A stretch of 64,000 nucleotides of DNA from a virus. The stretch lies in the IMG/VR virus record IMGVR_UViG_3300017971_000033; one strand, written 5' to 3'. Position numbers and translations under genes: made by a program. Of this stretch, positions 10,392 through 17,871 are shown one piece after another; positions within the stretch are counted from its first letter, which is position 1; every line of letters begins with the position of its first letter. The notes beneath the pieces were generated by a model. It was given only the letters and a program-made list of their open reading frames with translations, searched no databases and was not told the DNA's origin.

Positions 10392-10834
10392 TGTCCGAAG
10401 AATACGGGCTCTTTTCCGGGCCGTTAATCCTCGAGGATATAGACAAGATCTTGTGGCGTGTGCACAAGGGTTTTGATTACACATGCGCTGATGGTTTTGT
10501 CGTTACCATACCGGAAGGCTTTGAATGTGATCTTGCCAGTATCCCCCGATTCTTTCAGGGGTTACTGAGCAAGGTGCATTTTAGTTATAACCAACCGGCA
10601 GTCGTCCATGATTACCTCTACTATCTAAGCCGCGAAGGGGGTGAGATTTGCACGCGCAAGCGGGCTGATGAAATCTTCCGGGAAGGAATACTGGCAAAGG
10701 AAGCCGAGGCAGGCGTGGAGTTTAGTGTAGCTGATGCGATGTATCATGCAGTCCGCATAGGCGGTTGGGGAGGCTGGGGAAGCCGGTCTCACGACAAGCC
10801 AAAAGCGGATCCTTATGCGTGGCCGGTTGAATAA
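10391..10834 (+). CDS. DUF1353 family protein
   Basis: 'GFECDLASIPRFF' and 'VVHDYLYY' match the DUF1353 D-x-ASIP / HD-x-LY pattern. The start overlaps the upstream stop. Confidence 0.6.
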   Translation: MSEEYGLFSGPLILEDIDKILWRVHKGFDYTCADGFVVTIPEGFECDLASIPRFFQGLLSKVHFSYNQPAVVHDYLYYLSREGGEICTRKRADEIFREGILAKEAEAGVEFSVADAMYHAVRIGGWGGWGSRSHDKPKADPYAWPVE

Positions 10835-10852
10835 GCATTGGTGGTATGAGTT

Positions 10853-10888
10853 GGGCGTTAAAATCGCCCTTCTCATTCTTTTGATTTT
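10853..10888 (+). terminator. intrinsic terminator ending the tail-lysis transcription unit
   Basis: GGGCG (10853-57) / CGCCC (10865-69) stem with a 7-nt loop, followed by the T-rich tract TTCTCATTCTTTTGATTTT. Confidence 0.6.
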
Positions 10889-10939
10889 CGTTGCCATAGC
10901 CAAGCTGTCTAGACTCGGTTAGCGGCAAGAAGATGGGAT

Positions 10940-11110
10940 ATGAAATTTCATATAGAGAACAGGGTCACAAGATTATTTGTTGAAGCGGTGCTAGAGGTCT
11001 TGGTAGCATTGCTATTGATTTATATTTTGTTGATTAGCGGATCATGTTTATGGCACAAGATCCATGACACTTGCCCATTCAAGCAGAAGGTCATCAACAT
11101 GCTTGAGTAG
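10940..11110 (+). CDS. possible 56-aa membrane peptide
   Basis: ATG...TAG ORF below the track cutoff with the hydrophobic core 'VLEVLVALLLIYILLISGS'. No convincing SD. A promoter-like TTGGTA-17-TATTTT lies inside it. Confidence 0.25.
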   Translation: MKFHIENRVTRLFVEAVLEVLVALLLIYILLISGSCLWHKIHDTCPFKQKVINMLE

Positions 11111-11157
11111 GGTTTCAGCTACGGTAGAGGGCTGTAGCTTAAAACGAAGGAGTGGTT

Positions 11158-12468
11158 ATGAAGTATGATGAAGAAGAGATCCTGCGACGGGATCAGGAAT
11201 ATATACAGATTTGCCGTGAGTCGAATTCCGCAGCGGAGGCGATGAAAAAACTCGGGCTAAAGGATACCCGGAATTTCCGCAGGCGTCGGCAGCGATTGGA
11301 ACATAAATACGGGATAGAACTCCCGCGCTGGACTGGCAACGAAGGCCGCCCCGGATACGAGCCGGCAGAAAAGCCCGAACAATCAGCAGAAGTAGAAAAA
11401 GAAAGCCTTTCACTAACCACAACACTCAAGCAGAGAATTAACCAGCAGTCGGCTGAAATTCAGCTACTCCGTGAGCAAGCCGCAAATACCGCCGAACTAA
11501 AGAAACTTATTCACGGATGCCTTGAGCGTGACAAAGACATCCCTGATTGGGTTTATACCAAGCCGAAAAGCCGCGCAATGTCGCACGGTGTTCCGACGCT
11601 ATTCCTTTCAGACTTGCATTGGGATGAGATCGTCACGCCGTCACAGATCAACTTTGTCAACGAGTTTAACCGGGACATTGCCATCCAGCGGTTGAAGCGG
11701 ACGGTTGACACAACCGTATTCTTGTCGAAAGAAGTCTTGTCACAATCGCCATACGAGGGCATTGTGCTTGCGCTTGGTGGTGATATGTTTTCGGGGTATA
11801 TCCATGACGAGCTACGTGAGAACAAATCCGGGCCGATTTACGAGGGGCTTATAAACCAGCTCGACAACTTAACCGCGGCCATCAATGTGCTTGCTGATGA
11901 ATTCGGTCAAGTCTTTGTTCCTTGCGTGACTGGTAATCATGGGCGCATCGACAGGAAGCCGCGCGCGAAGTATGCAGTTCAAGACAATATCGACTGGCTT
12001 CTTTATCAACTTTTAAAGCGGGAGTTTTCAGACAGGAAGGAAGTGCAGTTCTTGATTCCTGATGCCAGCGACGCGTATTACAGAATCTTTCACGTACGCT
12101 ACATGCTGACGCATGGCAATCAGTTCAGAGGCGGGACGGGAATTGCGGGACCTGCTACGCCGTGGGCGTTAGGCGACCACAAGAAGCGCAAGCGGCAGGA
12201 CGCGATCAACCAACCATATGACACATTGATCTTCGGTCATTGGCATACGCTTGCGTGGGGCATCAATAATGCGTATGTCTGCAACGGCAGCTTGAAGGGT
12301 TATGATGAATACGCTTACATCAACAATTATCCCTACGAGCCGCCGAAGCAAGCATTATGGTTCACACATCCGGAATACGGAATAACGCATCAAATGGCTG
12401 TCTATACAGACAAGCCAAAGGAATTCTCTGCGACAAGCTGGGTGTCGGTCATGGAGAATCCCGCATAG
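11158..12468 (+). CDS. metallophosphoesterase (calcineurin-like) with N-terminal HTH and coiled-coil
   Basis: SD AAGGAG lies 6 nt before ATG 11158. Motifs appear in order: 'LSDLHWD', 'GGDMFSG', 'TGNHGR', 'THGNQ', 'GHWH'. Confidence 0.7.
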   Translation: MKYDEEEILRRDQEYIQICRESNSAAEAMKKLGLKDTRNFRRRRQRLEHKYGIELPRWTGNEGRPGYEPAEKPEQSAEVEKESLSLTTTLKQRINQQSAEIQLLREQAANTAELKKLIHGCLERDKDIPDWVYTKPKSRAMSHGVPTLFLSDLHWDEIVTPSQINFVNEFNRDIAIQRLKRTVDTTVFLSKEVLSQSPYEGIVLALGGDMFSGYIHDELRENKSGPIYEGLINQLDNLTAAINVLADEFGQVFVPCVTGNHGRIDRKPRAKYAVQDNIDWLLYQLLKREFSDRKEVQFLIPDASDAYYRIFHVRYMLTHGNQFRGGTGIAGPATPWALGDHKKRKRQDAINQPYDTLIFGHWHTLAWGINNAYVCNGSLKGYDEYAYINNYPYEPPKQALWFTHPEYGITHQMAVYTDKPKEFSATSWVSVMENPA

Positions 12469-12958
12469 CGTCATAGCGGTTGCGCTGTTCGCGCACAGCA
12501 CCAGTGTCATGCGTTTGATCTCCGAGGTGCCGTGACTTTCTTTTGCCGCGATATTTTGAATTGACTGTTATGGTTTTGAGAATGGGGTAATGCTCGCCCT
12601 TCTCGATGACCAAGCACATCCCTTGCCATCGGTATTTATCCGGGCCAACCTTATCCCTATTCTTTAAGGCTTCCGAGGTCATCCGTGCGAGCCACGTAGC
12701 AAGACCTTCATCCTCCATCATGGTTCTATGCCATATCCTGATAGCGCGGATAGAGGCGCGGTCAATAGCGTGGCGCGTAACCTCGACATCAGGGAGCTTC
12801 TCGCAGCCTCTACGGATCAATTCGGCTTTAGCATACTCGTTCATAGGTGCGCCGTTATTCACCATCCAGCGGAGATAAGAAAGCGGCAGGCGCGTAAACA
12901 GTTCGCCAGCGTGCTTGCCGTAATTAATCTTTACGTGGTGAGTATTGATCTCGTCCAT
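12449..12958 (-). CDS. DUF3820-like protein
   Basis: 'YGKHAGELFTRLPLSYLRWMV' matches the GKxxGxxxxxxPxxYLxW block of DUF3820. Last gene of the leftward operon. Confidence 0.55.
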   Translation of the reverse strand: MDEINTHHVKINYGKHAGELFTRLPLSYLRWMVNNGAPMNEYAKAELIRRGCEKLPDVEVTRHAIDRASIRAIRIWHRTMMEDEGLATWLARMTSEALKNRDKVGPDKYRWQGMCLVIEKGEHYPILKTITVNSKYRGKRKSRHLGDQTHDTGAVREQRNRYDAMRDSP

Positions 12959-12959
12959 A

Positions 12960-13310
12960 TCAAATGTCCTTTAGGTAAAAGGAATTCGATGCGCGCGGAA
13001 GGATCATTGCGGATCCGTTTGTATAGACACGCAGGTGCGTTCCGATATGGCCGTCCTTTACTAATGAAACTTCGACGCCGGCCCTTTGTCCGAGTTGCCA
13101 TTTAATGCTGCACCTCTCGGGAAGGTGGATAGGATCCACGGTAAAGCTGTCAAGCATAGTAATCGGGGATTCTTTATGCTCGCCTTCAAGCACCTGTATA
13201 CTTTCCTGCAATTCCTTAACATGAGCGACGAGCCCCATTATCTGCTCTTGCGCCCAAACCGGGAGTTTTGTGTGGCGGTCATTCAGTTGTGTGTAGTCTA
13301 TCATTTTCAT
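12960..13310 (-). CDS. hypothetical protein
   Basis: 116-aa ORF with SD AAGAGGAA before the ATG; the stop lies 1 nt from the next start. Confidence 0.55.
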   Translation of the reverse strand: MKMIDYTQLNDRHTKLPVWAQEQIMGLVAHVKELQESIQVLEGEHKESPITMLDSFTVDPIHLPERCSIKWQLGQRAGVEVSLVKDGHIGTHLRVYTNGSAMILPRASNSFYLKDI

Positions 13311-13330
13311 ATTCCTCTTGATGGCTAAAT

Positions 13331-13353
13331 CAATAAAGCCGCCCGAAGGCGGC
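13331..13353 (-). terminator. intrinsic terminator inside leftward operon
   Basis: Minus strand reads GCCGCC-TTCG-GGCGGC followed by TTTATTG (13338-13353 stem-loop, 13331-13337 T tract). Confidence 0.55.
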
Positions 13354-13369
13354 TCGCTTGATTTATAGG

Positions 13370-13510
13370 TTAATCGGTTGGAGGATTTCTCGGCTTTTTG
13401 CGGTTTGCGCGGATCTCAGCAAGCCTCAAGCGTTGCTTTAGCAATTCGATTTTCATTTTGAGGCGAGTGATCTCATCATTCTTTCTGACGCAATGCGGAC
13501 AATAAGCCAT
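13370..13510 (-). CDS. 46-aa CxxC + basic coiled-coil peptide
   Basis: Below the track cutoff. 'MAYCPHCVRKNDEITRLKMKIELLKQRLRLAEIRANRKKPRNPPTD'. Followed by the terminator at 13331-13353. Confidence 0.4.
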   Translation of the reverse strand: MAYCPHCVRKNDEITRLKMKIELLKQRLRLAEIRANRKKPRNPPTD

Positions 13511-13559
13511 GACATTCTCCCGGAACAAAAAACAATTCCGTGTATTTTACAGTCGAAGG

Positions 13560-13940
13560 CTATTCAGATTTGTGTTGGTAATCGCAATCTTTACGGATGG
13601 CTTGCTCCAAAAGCGCGTCAACCAGTTTCCTGTCGCGCGCTGCTTGGATCTTGTTAATTGCCTCGGGTGACAGCCCCGGAGCAATCAGCGTAGAGATAAG
13701 GTCAAACAGCTTTAAACACTCCCGCCCGTAGAATTCCTTTTCAGCAGAATTCCTGACGGCGATAAACTGCCACTGCAAATCCTCCTCACCCCATTCCTCT
13801 ATGCCAACCTTGTAGAGTTTCCCGAAGAACTTAACCATTTGCTCCTCGTCATATTCGGCAAAGATCTCAGCCAACTGCTCCGGGGTGATTTGCCTTGCTA
13901 GTGCGGCAATGCTTACGGTGACATTTACGTTTAATGACAT
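13560..13940 (-). CDS. hypothetical protein
   Basis: 126-aa ORF with SD GAGGA upstream of the ATG. No family recognised. Confidence 0.55.
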   Translation of the reverse strand: MSLNVNVTVSIAALARQITPEQLAEIFAEYDEEQMVKFFGKLYKVGIEEWGEEDLQWQFIAVRNSAEKEFYGRECLKLFDLISTLIAPGLSPEAINKIQAARDRKLVDALLEQAIRKDCDYQHKSE

Positions 13941-13949
13941 GGCGCATCC

Positions 13950-14126
13950 TCAATGTAATTGTTGCTCGGACAATACCGCTTCTTCCGGGTGGCCGAAAAC
14001 AACAGAACCTTTGAATCCGTTGGCGAGCTGGATAGCCTCAACGGCGTTAAAGCACTTCTGCGCATCCTCTTCATTTTCGCAAATGATAACGGCGACAAAG
14101 CGCGGCGGTATGGTTTCATCGGTCAA
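13950..14126 (-). CDS. 58-aa hypothetical protein (TTG start), preferred over track ORF 13931..14119
   Basis: GGAGGA lies 8 nt before TTG 14126. Translation 'TDETIPPRFVAVIICENEEDAQKCFNAVEAIQLANGFKGSVVFGHPEEAVLSEQQLH' is protein-like. The overlapping listed frame is Arg/Ser/Pro-rich. Confidence 0.45.
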   Translation of the reverse strand: MTDETIPPRFVAVIICENEEDAQKCFNAVEAIQLANGFKGSVVFGHPEEAVLSEQQLH

Positions 14127-14469
14127 TGCTGTAGTCCTCCATCAGTTTGTCTAAGCCAGTACGGAAGTCCTCGATCGCCTCGTATTCCCGGAGCTTGCGC
14201 TTCATGCGGCGATAGCTTGCGCGGAGTTGCTGGATAACCTTGGCTCGGTGACTGCTTACCGAAACGACAGAATCCATTTGCGCCATATATTCAACGCATG
14301 TTTGCTCGTAGTCCTCGACTACATCTTGGAAGGCCTCTATGACGCCTTGCGCGTGTTTTACGATTGTCACACGCGGAAGATCGACATTGGCGCGGTAGAC
14401 ATTGCTATACCAAGCATCGAGCGCTTGGTTGAGTGCCTGTTCGGCATCGGTTTGCTGATCAGTAGACAT
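14116..14469 (-). CDS. hypothetical protein
   Basis: GGAG lies before ATG 14469 ('MSTDQQTDAEQ'). Overlaps the upstream stop. Confidence 0.55.
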   Translation of the reverse strand: MSTDQQTDAEQALNQALDAWYSNVYRANVDLPRVTIVKHAQGVIEAFQDVVEDYEQTCVEYMAQMDSVVSVSSHRAKVIQQLRASYRRMKRKLREYEAIEDFRTGLDKLMEDYSIDR

Positions 14470-14731
14470 TGCGTTTGCTCCAATCACACGTCATGCCGAC
14501 GCTGGAAAAATCCCAATTAGACGTTGCAAGGCATGGCATACCGTCGATGGTGAATTCATACATCCTCACCTTCTTCGGCATGATGTTGGTTTTGGCCAAC
14601 CCCTCACTGATCAAGTTAATTGGCACTTTGGCATGAACGTTTTCCGCGAATGTAAAGCAAATGATTGCCACGAGTCCAAACAACACAGCAGCAAGGATGC
14701 CGACGAGTAACAGTTCAGCTAATCGCTTCAT
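14459..14731 (-). CDS. signal-anchored / secreted small protein
   Basis: Internal ATG 14731. 'MKRLAELLLVGILAAVLFGLVAIICFTFA' is a hydrophobic N-terminus. The longer listed form overlaps the upstream gene. Confidence 0.5.
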   Translation of the reverse strand: MKRLAELLLVGILAAVLFGLVAIICFTFAENVHAKVPINLISEGLAKTNIMPKKVRMYEFTIDGMPCLATSNWDFSSVGMTCDWSKRNVY

Positions 14732-14966
14732 TGATTTCTTCCTCTGTGAGATCACTATCGACGGGGATGACGCCGCGCGGGAAGTGCTCCATGTTCGGCG
14801 GCTTGTTGTAATACTCAAAACAGAACTTTGTCCCGAATACCTCGAAGGCACGGCTGCGCCCTTCTCCTGCATTAGGCGCTCGCAGGACGGCAACGCAGTC
14901 CTTGTCAAAGGTCTTTCCGTTTACTGAGTGGACATGCTCTTGTCCAAAGGTGACAAATGTAAACAT
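14715..14966 (-). CDS. hypothetical protein
   Basis: 83-aa ORF in the operon. No family recognised. Confidence 0.55.
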   Translation of the reverse strand: MFTFVTFGQEHVHSVNGKTFDKDCVAVLRAPNAGEGRSRAFEVFGTKFCFEYYNKPPNMEHFPRGVIPVDSDLTEEEINEAIS

Positions 14967-14971
14967 AGCTA

Positions 14972-15175
14972 TTACTCCCTCGTTATGGTCGGTCGGCTTG
15001 GATCTCTATATGCCATCTCCATCCAGCCGCGTTTTGTCTTAGACACCTTTAACACAAGCACACAGTTAAAGAGGTCATGGTAGTTGCCGTTGTAAGGCTT
15101 GACGGCAAGAACTTCTGTCTCTTGGCAACCGGCTTCACTCCACCACACCGGCACAAGGTCTCCCGGTTTTATCAT
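14972..15175 (-). CDS. hypothetical protein
   Basis: 67-aa ORF; its start overlaps the upstream stop. Confidence 0.5.
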   Translation of the reverse strand: MIKPGDLVPVWWSEAGCQETEVLAVKPYNGNYHDLFNCVLVLKVSKTKRGWMEMAYRDPSRPTITRE

Positions 15176-15714
15176 TGTTTACCTCCTTCGTTAATGAGGC
15201 CCATTACCTCTCTTGCTTCTTTGCATAGGTACCTAACCCACAACAACTCACCAGTCCCGGGATAGGTATCAAGCCGACTTTCAATGTCTCCGCTACCGTG
15301 CCCGTTCATGTAAGCGGTCTTGAGCGATTGCGCCAGCATGGCATGATTAAACTTGCGAAGCCGCTCCTCGTGCATGGCGATTACCTTCTGTTGTTTGTTG
15401 CGGTAATCCTCAACCTCTTTAAGCCTGCAAGTCAGGTAATCAATCTCACTCATTAGTGCATCGGTTCTTGGTACCCGCTGGCCTCGACCGCAACAGTTTG
15501 TATATTCAAATATACTATTCAGACTCAAGAAATATTCATGAACAAACTCAGGGGCGGGCTTGCGGAAAAATCGCTTGATTATAATTTCGATGTACAAGGA
15601 TGCCTTGTCATTTTCTACACGTATTTTCCAGCGACCTGTCAAGTCGGCTGGATCTACTTCCTTCCAGACTATCACGTCATCGTTTGTATCTGCGTTCCTC
15701 ATCAGTTTCCACAT
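15172..15714 (-). CDS. hypothetical protein
   Basis: AAAGAGGAA lies 6 nt before ATG 15714 ('MWKLMRNADT'). The listed GTG at 15750 is less likely. Confidence 0.55.
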   Translation of the reverse strand: MWKLMRNADTNDDVIVWKEVDPADLTGRWKIRVENDKASLYIEIIIKRFFRKPAPEFVHEYFLSLNSIFEYTNCCGRGQRVPRTDALMSEIDYLTCRLKEVEDYRNKQQKVIAMHEERLRKFNHAMLAQSLKTAYMNGHGSGDIESRLDTYPGTGELLWVRYLCKEAREVMGLINEGGKQ

Positions 15715-15818
15715 AAGATCTTCCTCTTTAAAGAAGGCCGCGACAGGCACCGACAGGTAGGGAGGGAACCTGTCAGTGATCGTACGCCAATACGTCTACC
15801 CTGCCGCAGCCAAACCGG

Positions 15819-15974
15819 TTAAGCGCAAAGGTCTTTGAGAACCTCGTGAATTGTATCGAAGCAATCCAAGATCGCTTCATTTTGCTGCGGTGAACATTGC
15901 GCCCACCGATGCGCCTCAGATATATGCTCGGACAACTCATTGAGCAGATCTGCAAGTTCCGTTGTGCTGCTCAT
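15819..15974 (-). CDS. hypothetical 51-aa protein
   Basis: ATG 15974 immediately follows the upstream stop at 15976. Confidence 0.45.
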   Translation of the reverse strand: MSSTTELADLLNELSEHISEAHRWAQCSPQQNEAILDCFDTIHEVLKDLCA

Positions 15975-15975
15975 A

Positions 15976-16191
15976 TCAACCTCCTGCCAGCTTGCCACCA
16001 TACGGTTGCTGATCGTCATCGACGTATGCGTCTACACATTCCCATGCAATCTTCAACATATTTACATCAGCCAGTGGCTCATGATGCAAGGCAAGTGCTA
16101 TAGCATTGTCCCTGTTGCTTGAGTGTCGGTAAGCGAAGTTCATGACTACCGATATTACTTCCCATTCTCTTTCATCGAATTCCATATTCAT
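15976..16191 (-). CDS. hypothetical protein
   Basis: Preceded by conserved initiation-motif copy C. The second ATG (16185) has better SD spacing. Confidence 0.5.
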   Translation of the reverse strand: MNMEFDEREWEVISVVMNFAYRHSSNRDNAIALALHHEPLADVNMLKIAWECVDAYVDDDQQPYGGKLAGG

Positions 16192-16203
16192 CTCTCCAAA
16201 TAG
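16183..16203 (-). repeat. conserved translation-initiation motif, copy C (CTATTTGGAGAGATGAATATG)
   Basis: Read on the minus strand. Shares CTATTTGGAGAGATGA with copy B. It is non-coding here. Confidence 0.8.
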
Positions 16204-16223
16204 GATACTATTTCTCTATCTCC

Positions 16224-16511
16224 TCAGCCGTCGCCGTAGCCGTAGCCGTCACCGTACCCGGAGCCGTTGTTAAAGACGGAGTCGTACCCGTATCCGTACC
16301 CGGAGCCGTAGCCGCCACCGTAGCCGTAGCCGTAGCCGGAGCCGTCGCCGTAGCCGTAGCCGTAGGTGTAGCCGTCGCCGTAGCCGGAGCCGTAGGTGTA
16401 GCCGTACCCGTACCCGTATCCGTACCCGGAGCCGTTGTTAAAGACGGAGTCGTAGCCGTTGCCGAAGCTGGAGCCGTAGCCGTAGCCGGAGCCGGAGCCG
16501 TCGCTATTCAT
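16224..16511 (-). CDS. 95-aa Gly/Tyr-repeat low-complexity protein
   Basis: ATG 16511 overlaps the upstream stop (ATGAATAG). 38 Gly + 24 Tyr of 95 residues and only 9 residue types. Two copies of '[12 protein letters not shown]'. Confidence 0.6.
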   Translation of the reverse strand: MNSDGSGSGYGYGSSFGNGYDSVFNNGSGYGYGYGYGYTYGSGYGDGYTYGYGYGDGSGYGYGYGGGYGSGYGYGYDSVFNNGSGYGDGYGYGDG

Positions 16512-16830
16512 CCCAATCCCCAAGAGGATAAAAAAACATTGGGGTCTCAAGAACAACTTCTCCAATACTGTCTATGCGATCGTCACCTACCGGGCCATTC
16601 TTTGCGAACTCAGGCAAGCCCCCTTCACGCTTTGACCAATACCGCAGGTTGCTGGCATCCTTCAGAAATAGATAGCCGCCTTGTTGCCATAACAGGCCGA
16701 AGTGGATAAATCCATGCGGCATGATGGCCAATACCCGCCTGCCGTGGTATGGATGGCGATTACTATCAGTAGATGTATTGCTTGATTCCTGACACAACAA
16801 TTCCCGTAGATCATTCATTGATAATTCCAT
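16504..16830 (-). CDS. hypothetical protein, coupled to the Gly/Tyr-repeat gene
   Basis: 108-aa ORF starting at motif copy A. No family recognised. Confidence 0.55.
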   Translation of the reverse strand: MELSMNDLRELLCQESSNTSTDSNRHPYHGRRVLAIMPHGFIHFGLLWQQGGYLFLKDASNLRYWSKREGGLPEFAKNGPVGDDRIDSIGEVVLETPMFFYPLGDWDE

Positions 16831-16847
16831 ATCATCTCTCCAAATTT
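16828..16847 (-). repeat. conserved translation-initiation motif, copy A (AAATTTGGAGAGATGATATG)
   Basis: 18 of 20 nt are identical to copy B. It contains the upstream stop TGA and the next ATG. Confidence 0.8.
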
Positions 16848-16979
16848 AGTTGTCCAATACGCTCAATTAGCCGTTCATTCTCCTGCTCCAGTTCGGCGAT
16901 GCGCTTTTGCAGATCAACAAACAACATAGATGCGCTTTTGCAGATCAACCAACAACATACCAGCTGACTGTGTACTCAT
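16832..16979 (-). pseudogene. small coiled-coil ORF disrupted by a 31-nt tandem duplication
   Basis: ATG 16979 gives 'MSTQSAGMLLVDLQKRIYVVC*'. Removing one 31-nt unit restores a 38-aa ORF ending 'ELEQENERLIERIGQLNLER'. An internal ATG at 16927 could still express 31 aa. Confidence 0.5.
16898..16959. repeat. 31-nt perfect-tandem duplication (1 mismatch)
   Basis: 16898-16928 GATGCGCTTTTGCAGATCAACAAACAACATA; 16929-16959 is identical except for A>C. Confidence 0.95.
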
Positions 16980-16996
16980 ATCATCTCTCCAAATAG
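16977..16996 (-). repeat. conserved translation-initiation motif, copy B (CTATTTGGAGAGATGATATG)
   Basis: Contains the stop of the Rmf-like gene (…LER*) and the ATG of the disrupted small ORF. Confidence 0.8.
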
Positions 16997-17181
16997 GGCC
17001 TTCGAGGTTTCTCCGCGTATTTTCCATCATGCCATCCGGTTACCCACACGCGGTATTTACGCAGCGCAGACAAGGGCCACTGCCTGTACGGGCAGGGAGC
17101 CATTGGCAAGCCCGCCGCTTCACGCCTGCCTGCCGTAAATCCTCTACGGTAAACAATCGGATACGTTCTCATATCATTCAC
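16981..17181 (-). CDS. Rmf/CrpP-fold small protein (ribosome modulation factor-like)
   Basis: 'RRGFTAGRREAAGLPMAPCPYRQ...WVTGWHDG' parallels E. coli RMF 'QRGYQAGIAGRSKEMCPYQ...WLGGWREA' (recalled from memory). Confidence 0.6.
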   Translation of the reverse strand: MNDMRTYPIVYRRGFTAGRREAAGLPMAPCPYRQWPLSALRKYRVWVTGWHDGKYAEKPRRPYLER

Positions 17182-17441
17182 TCCTGTAAGGCTTTCTTAA
17201 AGTGTGTCACCCATTGATTTGTGGTTTGACAATCAAGGTACTCCTGAATAGCTTTTTGTAGCTTCTTGTTTTTCTGTTCCAATATCGTACAGTCTTGTGC
17301 AACTGCATCATATGATGCTTCAAGTTCGACGATGCGCTCTTGCTGTTTTACAATTAGTCGCTGAGTGTGCAGCTTTCTATCCCAACAATTACACTTTGGG
17401 AAAGTACAATCCGCTTCATTGCATGGTGTCGCTATCGCCAT
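17178..17441 (-). CDS. Cys-rich N-terminus + coiled-coil protein
   Basis: 87 aa; 'CNEADCTFPKCNC'. Overlaps the next start. Confidence 0.5.
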   Translation of the reverse strand: MAIATPCNEADCTFPKCNCWDRKLHTQRLIVKQQERIVELEASYDAVAQDCTILEQKNKKLQKAIQEYLDCQTTNQWVTHFKKALQE

Positions 17442-17445
17442 TTAA

Positions 17446-17775
17446 TTAACCTCCATTCGCTATTTGCGAATTGCGAAACTCCCGCGCCGTCATATAAGCC
17501 TGCTTCGGATGGCACTGCCTCATGCGGCGAGCGCACTCCTGATTGCCAATATGCGGCTTGTATTTGTTATTGCTAAGCGCAGGCCAGTAGAAGAACCAGC
17601 GGTGAGCGCCGGGATCAATCCGGCTTGGCCCGTATTTGAGCGCCTTGTGGATGGCTGGCATCGGCGCAGTCCCGGAGAGATCTCCGATATTCCACGGATT
17701 CAGCCGCCGTAGAGCGCCTGTAAAGGCCGAAAGGCCCGAGCGCCTGTTAAGCCCCATGCTTCCTTTGTGTGTCAT
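17446..17775 (-). CDS. hypothetical basic protein
   Basis: 109-aa ORF with AGAGGA before the ATG. No family recognised. Confidence 0.5.
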   Translation of the reverse strand: MTHKGSMGLNRRSGLSAFTGALRRLNPWNIGDLSGTAPMPAIHKALKYGPSRIDPGAHRWFFYWPALSNNKYKPHIGNQECARRMRQCHPKQAYMTAREFRNSQIANGG

Positions 17776-17871
17776 TTAGGTGTCCTCTGGTTGGTTGAGA
17801 GGCAACCTGCCGACTAGCGAGTTTACGGTCGCACCGCAGAGGCTCTGATCTAGCCGACAGATTGCCATTAC

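Noticed and set aside
16224-16511. Periodic GGCTACGGC-type DNA repeats considered as a CRISPR array or VNTR
   Set aside because: There is no repeat-spacer architecture. The periodicity is codon-level (Gly-Tyr) within an intact ORF that is translationally coupled to its neighbour.
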